DNA from: Trichoplax sp. H2
Lineage: Eukaryota
NCBI GenBank assembly: GCA_003344405.1
Contig: NOWV01000032.1
Coordinates: forward strand, 124,001-188,000
DNA: 64,000 nucleotides
Direction of reading: 5' to 3'
Below, in pieces: positions 52,501 through 64,000 of this stretch (positions are counted from its first letter, which is position 1; every line of letters begins with the position of its first letter). A program made the position numbers and the translations under genes. Under the pieces are notes generated by a model that ran no database searches, had not been told where the DNA came from, and saw only the letters and a list, made by a program, of their open reading frames with translations.

Positions 52501-55500
52501 CTCATTCATCTTGACCGATAATATCTAAATATTCAACCACCTGGTGACGGAGTATTGGTTGAATATTGCGCAAAGACATCATCTATGATATGCTTACATA
52601 TATATTTATTAGTGATATACACCGCCAAGTTGTCCATCATCATTGATCATGTCAAGTATTGTTGACGACAATGTATGAAGATGCCGCGCTATTATAATTA
52701 AAACTTCTAAGATAAGATTAAGGGGCGGCGATTACAAACCTTTGATAATTTGCCGCTCATTAGGGCATTACGATGAACAACTGCAACAAAGCCAATACTT
52801 TTGGTAATCGCCTTTTACCACCATTCCTTTTGTTATGATACAATTTATGAATAACAAATTGACTATCAACATTTTTATCGTAAGCGAGACGTCAATCATC
52901 ACTAGACTACCATCAAGAAATTAACGGCATTAGCTTATACCATTTATTCAGAAGATTGAAATTTCAATAAAGCTATCATAATATTCTATCATATTTAATG
53001 AGGTCAACGCCTGCATATATCATGACGGCTGATTTATTTTAACTGGAGATAGTAGACCATTCTCTCTTACTCCACTTAACCAAAAACTTCATAAAATCCT
53101 GTACAATCGCAATACTCGTATCTTGACTATGTGTTCCAGCACAAGCAAATTCTTGTAAGACTCACATCTTCATATCTCAGCTTTTGAACTTATTTGCAAT
53201 TACCTTAATTCATGTTTTTATCTAATTTATCCATAATGCAGTTACAGTAGCCCAGATCCTATATGCATAGACAGCACCCGAAAGCCACTATAAAAATCGA
53301 TAACGAAGACTTACTTTTGCACTGCACGGTAGTAAATGTTTAGGTATTGTCAGAATGGCACCTAGCCTACATAACGCTACAGTAAGCTATCATTAGTTTA
53401 TAATAGTATCTTAACATGAAATAAGACATTTCAAATTCCAAGTGAATAGTGAAAAACGTATTGATCAGACGAGCTTTCATGCGTTTGTAAATGTACCTAT
53501 TATTTGAATAGACCAAAAAAGTAATAGACTCTAATGCAATTTTATTACCTTTTAAACAAGAAATTATTGGTGAGAGCATGGAGTATTTTTATGTAAACCC
53601 GCAACAAATCAATCGTAGTAATACGATATCACACAAATATTAATGTCGCGCAGCATCTTTGTACCTCGGTGTCTATTTATTCTGAAGTTATGGTAGGCTA
53701 AAGAGAGCGAGAGCGCAGATAAAAGAAAATATAGTTGATGTGAAAGGCCTAAAAACAAAGATGGAACAATAATCATATAACATTACACTAAAGATAGTAG
53801 CTATTTAAGCTAGTATCAACTACTGGGAACTTATAACCAACATTAGAACAGTTCAATCCCATCTCCAAAAATCATCCGCTTTGTTACATATACTATGCGG
53901 CATGCTTATTAATATCCTAGAAACTACTTTATAGACCTGCAATCATACATATTACGTACAGAACGCGACATGCATAATATTAATACCAATAGAGAGGTCA
54001 ATTCATTAATTTAATCGTAATCGAAAGACATGATAACACCTTAGGGGTGATGTGATTACTTTCTATATCTAAAATATGCGTGAAACGCTCTTGGTATTTA
54101 AAGCAGTTACAAAATTTAGAAAAAGAAACTTTCAATTCAAAATACAATTGTTACGCTGAGTTATGATAATTTTTATCCAACAGTCACCGACATAAAATGA
54201 TTTATTGCAACATTAAATCTTATAAACTTCGTTAATCAGTAACTTTGTACCTACTAATGTGTGCATTGTGAAGCTCAAATGTAGAATAGGATATCTACGA
54301 ATTATCAAGGATTAATTTACTTTACTTTTAATTTAGATTATGAAGACTGCCGACGGTAAACATATCATTGCATTACAGGCCTTGTTTTGCACTTAAATAT
54401 AACAGTACCAAATTTTCCATTCAGTTATCGTTACGATAAATCAGCGAATAATGACATTAGTCTATCCTTGAAGGAAGTGCGAAATTGTACATGTTAAACT
54501 TCATGAATTACGTGCAGCATATACAAGTATTGTCAAGATGTCATAATCGCTATTTCACTACACAATATTAGCATTTCTTATCTTCTGCACGTTTCGCCTT
54601 TTCTATTAAGCAAGGATCATTATCATTTGATAAAGGATTACCGAAAAATTCACACCAAAATATATTACAATTGATGCTATAATAGAGCATTTAGTATGGA
54701 TAATAAATTGAACTCGTACGCATAAATTTCTTACAAAATACATTATTCCATCACTTAGAATAGATTCTAATTCTATTTTTATATTATTTGTAATTAATAA
54801 AACCTGTTGATAAGAAACAACTAACAAAATAAGATAGTTAATGAGGATAAATATTGATTGATACTTTTTCTGCGTAATTAAAGCTATAGTTATTATTTCA
54901 TCTTGCCGCATCTTCGATAATAATCTATACTGATTAAAGATTGAAACAAAATATAACTGCGACCAACTGCTTCATTACAAGTCATCAAATAGACCTGTAA
55001 TTTAAATTAAATAAAGGTGGGAGTCGCACTTCTTGATTCACAAGTAGCAATAGAGCTTGTACTGCCATAGCGAACATTTTAAGTGATTTAGACCTTACGC
55101 ACCTTGTCAAGTATACCTGTAAGTTCCAAGATACACGTATTTACTAATTCCAGATGAATTAAGTAAGAAATAAATTTGTTGTATACTGCTATTGCCAGAT
55201 ACTCACCTCTATCCGTTACATAAATGTTTACCCTAACGATGGTGTTCGTCGCTGGACCGTTAAAATGAGATACTCCTAATTAATAACGAACATTATAAGT
55301 AAATAACACTAGCTTTATCATGTTTGTTCATTGTATAGTTCACTGTTTGGTCTACTATGAATCATACACTGATCTAGATATTGTTATTAGTCATTCATAG
55401 CGATCATCAAGAAAAAATTGTTTAAACATTTTCGAATAATGCAATATTTTAATTAATGATATTTTCTATTTAATCGAAATATTGGATACTATCCGCTACT

Positions 55501-57151
55501 CAATAAATTTGTAGCCATCCCGTAATCGATACTTTTCAAATCAATTGGTGATTTCAAATGTGCTATAATCTTACAGCTTGGTAAGGCACAAATACCACCT
55601 ATTGCTTGGCTAATAATGGCCGCATATTACTACTTAAGCAAATTAGATATAAAATCTTTCACCAATGCAATCGGCATGCAGGTGTAATATATAAAATAGT
55701 GTACGATATTTAATTAATCAATTGATTTATTACTGCTCCATTTTAAAAAATAAACAACCAAGGCCGCACAGTTACACTTCGGCTATCTACTTGAACAGCT
55801 TGCAAATGTAGAATATTGCGTTATCTTAATCTAACATTCAGGCGATGCTAATTGTATGAGTAGTATACAACTAGTTAGGTCAACAAAGTCAGAAAAACAG
55901 TAATTCCATTAATTTTATTTCATACCTACAATTGCTTTTTTTAAGTGAAACGATTCTTATTGTGGAATATCTTCAAGTCATAAACAGTGTAAACGTACTT
56001 GGTCACTGCCAAGCAAATAACCGTAAGATTGTGGGGGACTGCAAGATAAACGTAGTGCCTATAAGTACTGTACAGTATATTACAAGCAACTCTATTAGAC
56101 TCTATTAAATTCATGTATACTAGAGTAATTACGTCAAGAGAATTACCATTCCATAATCTCAGATATAATCGATATTTATATCAATTTAACTTTAGAAGGA
56201 TAGTTTTACTTTATGTGCACCAGGAGTTTCTAATGAGACTATAAAATGCTGGTGCCTGAAGAGCACTTTTAGTTACTTAGTCGGTTAGTTAGTCTACTAG
56301 TTGTCAATTGCTATTGAATTGTCAAGACTATAATCTTGGTTGTCAAGATTTCTTCATTAATAAATAGTAGTAATTCTCTGACTACCTCATCTACACTATC
56401 AGTGACGCTATAACTATACTATATTACTCGGTCGTTGGAACTACTTTGTCACTAGTGGTGTGACACTTCTAATAGTTAACTAGTAGAATTTCTTAATCAA
56501 ATGTTTCCTTAAGGCTTGACGTTTTAGCGTGATGAAAGCTGATGAAATAATTACGAGTGTAGTGTTATATCTGGTAACGTTTGTTGAAAAATTGGATTAG
56601 TTGATTATAATATAAAATAAATTATTACTTTATAGTAGCGACAATTTCAATTGTTTCTTGTGCTTAAAAATACCAATCCGATTTTGACCCATTTCTACTT
56701 TTTATTAGCACATATCCTATAAGCCAGCTTAAATAATATAATTAATTGCACATGTACAGACAAGTTCTACAGGAGTAGCTTTACTACATTTAGATTGGCT
56801 ACTAACATTCCCAGTTCCACTCTAGCCATTTCTGGAATGATTCTCATCGATTTTAACCACACAAGGAATATCATATGTACACTGATATCTTACGATAAGT
56901 CAAGAAAGGATACATTAATAGTAATAACGTGTAGCGAAAATGTCGCGAAACTGATTAGCGTTACAAGGTAGCAAATCAAACCCGTACAGATATGCGTGTT
57001 ACTCGCAGAAAAATGATAAGCGAGCACAAAATGTAATTTAACAATTGAGTGTAATTAGGGTTCGAAAACTACCAAAAACCATGACAGATTGTAAAATTAC
57101 ATAATTTTCACTAAAAACAAAATAGATTTAATAATAGATCCCACAATTTTA

Positions 57152-60100
57152 TCATTGTTCTTCATTAATGTGAGCGCGTGCGAGGTTACGAGCCAAGGCG
57201 ATTCGAATTGTATTTAAAGCGTCATGTAAAACCTGCAATAAAAGGTTACGTTGTTATTAGAAGGGAGCGATTGAATACTTCCAATTTCAATTTTAATTAG
57301 TGTATCATAATCAAAGATTACTTCAGAATTTTTGTGAACTTGCTGTTTCAATGTTAAGCGATTGCTCCAGCTATCACCAGGCCCCCGTAGCGAAAGTTCA
57401 ATCTCAGTTAAACATCGAAGTAACTCGTATGTTTGATCGCTGTCAAATAAAATCTGCAACACATAATTTTAACCTATTATTATTCTTAGAAAGCTTTCGT
57501 TTTCACTTATCATATGAACTGCGAATGATGCAACACAATGGAACGATTTAAATCAAAGTTCGAAACTAAATTACAGATATTGTACCTCTTCAGTTTCAAA
57601 TAACGGAATAGCATCCAATAACAACATCCACCAATATCTGAATATTGAATAGGACATCGCATACATTAAAAAGTTTAGAAAAAGTAAAGCTTTATATTCT
57701 ATCGAAGCCTCTATAATGAATTTACGTACTTTTTAGAAGCTAAGCCATCAACCATAAGTAAAACCAAGATAGATGCTGCATCAACGAGATTTCCAGTATT
57801 ACAAAATGTATGAAATTCTCTGAATTTCCCTATGAAATTATCACATAGTAGCACTATCATTTCAGTAACAACGGTAATGTTATCATTGACTGTCTAACTT
57901 TCAATAGCATCATTTCATCCTATAGTAATTGGAACATAATACACGTACTAAAGCTTTATTCTATAATAAAGACTGACTAATAATACAAACAGAATATACC
58001 TAAAAATGCTAATTGACCAGTTAACGTTATGGCTGCTCCAATGTCGTCTACTATTGCAAGACGATCAGCGTTACCGTCTTTGATGTACGCGGACATGTAG
58101 CTAGAGAAGCAGAAATGTCACTCAAAAGTTAGAGAAAAATTTACGCATTCTCCCGATAAGCTAAAGCCGTTTTCTTAGTTTACTACTTACCAATCGACAA
58201 TATAATTAATCAGAGTGACATCCTAACCGAGAAAATGAGAAACATTAGCCAATTTTATATAAATAGTATAGGGTATTGTTACACACTAAAGAGCAAACCT
58301 TAACGTATAATGCCCAAGATATCGCTGAACCTAGTTTTTCTCTACGTATGGCGGTCATACATTCTTCTCGGCAAATATCTGCTAGATCCGTCGATAAACC
58401 ATACTTTTCACAAACATGCAGCACCTTTCGAGTCTTCTTCTCGCTATCTAAAGGAATCCTAGATATGTACTGCTCCAAATAATATCTGATTTGGAAATAA
58501 TAGAACAGTATTACATCTCAACTGAAGCCTGCTTGGATGAAATGTCAACATGCAATAGACCTTCCATAAGTTTGACAATGTCCCAGGTAATCGGATCCAA
58601 TCTGCCATGAACTATAAAACAAGAATTAAGTATACCGCTTGTACAGAACTGGGACTATGGAATTGATTATCTTTACCTAGCACTCATTAACGAAGATCCG
58701 TACTCCAACAGCAAATATTCCCTCAAGTCAGTTCCATAACTATGAAATAGCAGTATATTAGTTAAGATCGTTTTCTATAACGCTTAAGGTGTCTGTAATT
58801 AATTAAATCTCAGTATATCCTAAATTAATAAATCATTTTGGAGGACTATGTAAACAACAACGCCTATCACATTACTCAAGCTTATATAATTTTAGCTGGC
58901 CACAATGATACAATAAGTCGGTGAGATGAACTGCAAACCACCAATCCCCAAATCCAGCACTGTAATAATAGTTAGGTTAAGATGTGATCTTAAATTCGTT
59001 AAGTTATTTAAAGCTTAATATGTTGGTGTAGCAATACGAGTTCAAGGTAGGTATGCATTGCAAAATATAACAGTTAACCTGGCTTCTTTAATGACTCGCA
59101 CAGTGTCTAACAGGAAAATGGCAGATATTACTTCATCCAATTTTCCTAAACGCGATTTGTCACCATAAAATAATTCTAACGACAGCTGTAAAATAATGAA
59201 TCCAAATAAAAATCGAGGCAATCCATTCGAAACATAATGTTGATTTTAATTGCGAATTAGTACTTACATCAATACTGTAGTGAAGATCGTAAACTTTTGT
59301 AGTTGGATTTCGAAATAGTATATGAACAACTAAAAGATGGTACCACGTGTGAATGACGCCTTCATTACTATAGTAGAGCAGATGATACATTAAGAATCAT
59401 CATCAAATAGAGATTTAAATGTACAAGAAAATCTGATAGCCTTATCGAGTACCTTAACTCCTGTAAAACTTTTTCATCGCCACATAATATCTGTAACAGA
59501 TCAGAAATTATTTTTACTTTGCGGCTTTTATAGATATCAGTAGCTAACTTCACATTCCCAGTACTAGACTGCACATACAAACATAAAACGATTTAACCTT
59601 ACCCTACATAATCTATGTAAATGTCTATGCTGTTGGATATCACCAGTCAAGCTATTGCGACATTCCTGTTGCCAATGCCTCCACTTCAAAACATATTCAG
59701 GAGACGACTAAAGTAATAGACAAAGTAGATCCTTATTGCTAAGAATAATCAGTAAACCAATCAATATAACATTCGTATTTACACTAGGTCGCGGCATTTT
59801 TCTTAGTAATTCGCTTATCTTTCGGTAGGGCTAAGATAAAAAGTTCAACGGTAATGCAAGGTTACCAGCCATTTCAATTTAATCATAGTGACATTTATTT
59901 AACTAACTTACGTCACTTTTATCATTTGAGTCCTTGACCGATACATTTAACAATTCTACTGCAGAATTCATGCGTCCACTCACAACATATCCATAAATCT
60001 ATGCAAGAAAAAAGTAGTAACAATCCGAATATTTACTCGGGACGTAAAGCTTTAAATCCTCTCGCATAACATGTANNNNNNNNNNNNNNNNNNNNCAAGA

Positions 60101-62447
60101 AAATCTGATAGCCTTATCGAGTACCTTAACTCCTGTAAAACTTTTTCATCGCCACATAATATCTGTAACAGATCAGAAATTATTTTTACTTTGCGGCTTT
60201 TATAGATATCAGTAGCTAACTTCACATTCCCAGTACTAGACTGCACATTATGTATCATCGTTTAAGCTATTTACGCTGAGTATCTGAGTAATCGGGGTTA
60301 TTATGGCTGGGCCTACTGCACATACAAACATAAAACGATTTAACCTTACCCTACATAATCTATGTAAATGTCTATGCTGTTGGATATCACCAGTCAAGCT
60401 ATTGCGACATTCCTGTTGCCAATGCCTCCACTTCAAAACATATTCAGGAGACGACTAAAGTAATAGACAAAGTAGATCCTTATTGCTAAGAATAATCAGT
60501 AAACCAATCAATATAACATTCGTATTTACACTAGGTCGCGGCATTTTTCTTAGTAATTCGCTTATCTTTCGGTAGGGCTAAGATAAAAAGTTCAACGGTA
60601 ATGCAAGGTTACCAGCCATTTCAATTTAATCATAGTGACATTTATTTAACTAACTTACGTCACTTTTATCATTTGAGTCCTTGACCGATACATTTAACAA
60701 TTCTACTGCAGAATTCATGCGTCCACTCACAACATATCCATAAATCTATGCAAGAAAAAAGTAGTAACAATCCGAATATTTACTCGGGACGTAAAGCTTT
60801 AAATCCTCTCGCATAACATGTAAATTACAATATAATTCGCGAAATCTAGCTAGCTCATACAGTAGGCCAGTAATTCCGATGTTCACGGATTACGTGAGCT
60901 TCAAGGATCATTTTTTTATGCAGCTCATCGACTTGAGGAAAGTGCCAAACAATCCATTCAAGTAACCCCTGAATGGGATAAGCTTAAATAAAAATGTTAC
61001 TTAGATATTGCTTGTTTACTTTTCTAAGGTTAATATTCGTATAATTGATCCACATTTCGACATTTGGTGGAAAACACCATTTCATATGCGGCAAGTATTT
61101 CGGTGGATTATTTAAGATTTATACTAAAGCATCGATTTAGACTAACAATACATAAATTATTATAATTTTTATAGAGAAATTTAATGGCATGGGAGGCAAA
61201 TTTCGACAAATATATCAATCTGTAAGTTTACCTTGCGAGGAATCAATGAAAATGATTTCGCATAATTGCCAAATTAATTCGACTACTGAGTATAGTTCTT
61301 CCTACATAAGCGAAATTAGATTGGTATACGGTTAGAACTCACAGCACTTGAGAAGTTTTCAGGTAATAACAACCGTAAAAATATCTCCTGCTATAATTAT
61401 TACCATTTTTACGCGGTCTCCCATATAAAAGTTTAAGCAGTGATCTAATGAAGTAAGGAAATAGCGTCGTATTTACAGTTAAAGTAATTGATAACATTAG
61501 AAATTATTTTCTTAACGAATTGATGGCAGGCGACATTTTTAGGAGATACCTTTCTTACGACTGTGAACAAAAGAAGCCCTCAAAATAGACCGGTAAAGTC
61601 GACTGCATTTCATTAGGCTAAGAAAGTCGATTTCAGTATGCATTACGGTATAGCTGAAATAGTTATGTAGTACATTAATCCTCATACTGTACCTTCGTTG
61701 TTTTGTAGCACTATCCATATCGGCAATCTCTTGAATTTCTAGAAAAATGTCTACGAATTCATTACAACACGACCTAGTTAGCATCTAATCTACTCTACTT
61801 AGGTTTAAAAGTAAATATTATCTACTAGGTTAATTGCAATCGATTATTTCGATTAATAATATTTAGTCCAAATTACCGTGAGATTCGCTGATAACACGAC
61901 GAGCCAATCCTTCGTACCGTTTCGGATCAAGCTGGACTTCCCATATATTAAATTCAGCCCTTTCATCCTTAACTGTAATATATGATATGTACATTAGTAT
62001 AACTGCCTTGATAAATAAGTACAAAAACTTAATAACTAAATTTTTGCTTAAAGCAGACATCATAGCAGAGCACCACTGTTGAAAATGAATTTGAAAGGTT
62101 AGCAAAACACATTATAAAATTTAAATTTAGATTTTATACTGTAAGCGCTTTGCTAACAATATCGGTAAAATGTATCATTTATACGAAAATCAGTTCGACA
62201 AGTACGTTTACTATTGTCTTGCGAAAGGTTAGTTTTCCTTACAGCTAGTAGCATACCTGAATTAGAAAAATCACTGGAGCCCGGAAAAACTGCAATTCCG
62301 TTCTTCCTATCCCATTTACTTCGCAATTGTCCAGTTATAACTGATTTTGGAATAATCTAAGCCGAGGATATACGGGTATGTACATAAAATATTCGATAAT
62401 AAGTAGCTTGAACACATTGCAACTGATTCGTGAACATTAACGACCAT
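57152..62447 (-). CDS. NUP85: Nucleoporin Nup85 (Y-complex), multi-exon; start codon uncertain; several exons appear twice because of the gap-flanking duplication
   Basis: Spliced motifs ELIWQLCEIIFID (~61235-61300), WRHWQQEC, ILCGDEK, WYHLLVVHILFRNPT, WWFAVHLTDLLYHC (~58895-58950), LREYLLLEYGSSL, LGSAISWAL, DQTYELLRCLTE and IRIALARNLARAHI, with stop TGA at 57154-57152. First clear exon is 62357-62258 (IIPKS...). The ATG at 62447 is only a candidate. Confidence 0.9.
59424..60822 (+). repeat. Near-identical direct copies (59424-60075 and 60096-60822) flanking a 20-N gap inside NUP85; probable haplotype or assembly artefact
   Basis: Both copies start caagaaaatctgatagcc and end cgcataacatgta. 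The gap is 60076-60095. The second copy has an extra 75 bp. Confidence 0.9.
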
Positions 62448-62910
62448 TATTTTAAAGCTATCACGAAATATTTAGTTAATAGATGCCATATCGCGCTTCA
62501 GAAATTTTAGTATATAGCACTATACTCGTTTATGATCGAGAAGTTATTAAAGCATGCTTTGTGGAAATGCAGTATTACCCGTTGTATCAGAACTACCGCA
62601 ATAGCGCATATCCTGAATAAGGAGCAATCCCATTAACGAAATTGTAAATCATCAAAAATTAAAGTCTCCAGTCTACTAAGGTTCCTATTGCGTTGCAATC
62701 AGATCACCCCACCGGGTAATATTTCTAGTACCGTACTACTTTCATCAATTCATACCCACTAGCCCCGCACGACCAAATTATGTTTATTGCTACGCGTATT
62801 TAGGTTTAGTCAAGTTTACTAGATCGCTGAACACTGTATGATGTAGCCACAAATTGTTTGACGCCACCACAGTTTTAAAACTAAACCAATTAAATTCATT
62901 ATAATTATAC

Positions 62911-62932
62911 ATATATATATATATATATATAT
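62911..62932. repeat. (AT)n microsatellite
   Basis: atatatatatatatatatatat. Confidence 0.85.
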
Positions 62933-63904
62933 TATTGCTTGGCGTTACTTGATCTTAAACTCTCATTAAGGCAGTCGAGAGGGACTACGGTCACAAGGAT
63001 CATACAGATTTCATTGAGAGGTATCCCATTTCAAATAGGTACTGTACAGTATACCAGATTTGCAATGCACGTACAGTAAGTACAATCACAACAGCATCCC
63101 TCTAGTTCACTCGCTGATTCATGGACTGGAACGTTTTATAATTATATACATTACTCGCGCGCACTTAGCATGCTTGACTAAATTTTAAATATGGCCAACA
63201 GAAGCAATAAACGATTACTTTCCGTAATGATTTGCCTCAACTACGAAATATACTAGTTTTTTTAATTAATTTATATACCGTATTACATTTGACCTATACA
63301 CGACGTACATACCGTATGAATGACCATTTTAAAGTACGGATAAACTGTTTATACTGTACTGTAAGTCCGACATTTAACATGCATTGCAGTATTATATTAC
63401 TGCAGAGTACTAATGTTATAAGAGTAAAGCAATTGTTGAATGAAGAATCTAGGTTAAAATTAATCAAAACTTATCGCCTAATTTATCGTAATGATGTATA
63501 AAACGCAACGTTAAAATAAGTTCCCAGGACAAAACTAGAATTCAAATTAGACGAGTAAAAAGCGGCAGCAAGTGCTGTAATTCTGCATGCTCCAAGGCTA
63601 TGCTAATATCCAGTAATTAATAGGACTAAAGTTTGTACGAATTAATTCAATTAAACGGATCTACCAAGTTTAAGTATAGCTTACCATACCTTACTCAGTA
63701 TACTATAATCAAATCCTACAGATAATTTGTGTCCACAAATAGCAAATAACATCGTTTACAGTGAATAACTTCTTACCACAACTGCCTGTTTGGTTTCCGT
63801 TCCATCCATCGCGCGATGAAAGTTAAAAAAAAGCACAACAAACGATGGAGTGTGCAATTATGCATGAGGATGAATTGTATGCGCATGCCCGGCATACGAC
63901 TTCG

Positions 63905-63943
63905 TACGGTAAGTACTACAGTACTGTACACTGTACAGTGCAC
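63905..63943. repeat. Short TA-CAG/CTG/CACTG-TA cluster upstream of NUP85
   Basis: tacggtaagtactacagtactgtacactgtacagtgcac. Confidence 0.75.
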
Positions 63944-64000
63944 ATTTGTGTTTCGTGAATTGGTGCATTTTGCAGGGGCCAATTTCAGTAGTTGGCAGGT

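Noticed and set aside
56905..56913. Perfect U12 donor GTATCCTTT on the minus strand downstream of the NUP85 stop
   Set aside because: I could not find a matching upstream exon, branch site or acceptor, so it may be chance.
59424..60822. Tandem exon duplication or mutually exclusive exons in NUP85
   Set aside because: The copies are essentially identical, introns included, and abut a 20-N gap. Uncollapsed alleles are the simpler explanation.

Overview
AT-rich, intron-dense animal genomic DNA. Very short introns, the gene set and an excess of ACAGT/TACTG motifs suggest a placozoan such as Trichoplax (inference). Reading exons by hand gives seven genes: a Cav2-type voltage-gated Ca2+ channel alpha1 (minus strand, 3' end runs off the left edge; EEEE filter; one AT-AC U12 intron, one U12-like GT-AG intron, one GC-AG intron); a 15-exon HAP40/F8A orthologue that the ORF track misses; HGS/Hrs; two intronless, bacterial-like medium-chain alcohol dehydrogenase paralogues that have both lost their catalytic-zinc cysteines and each carry an upstream RFX X-box; Axin; and NUP85. 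Two 20-N gaps are flanked by near-identical copies, probably uncollapsed haplotypes. The most striking signal is that the ACAGT/TACTG 'microsatellites' clustered at gene 5' ends parse as TA-[CAG|CTG|CAGTG|CACTG|CCG]-TA units in mixed orientation. The duplicated copies include a clean TA versus TACTGTA difference. This is the signature of stacked Tc1/mariner excision footprints, which would mean promoter-proximal DNA repeatedly rewritten by transposon insertion and excision. All family assignments are from recalled motifs, not from database searches.
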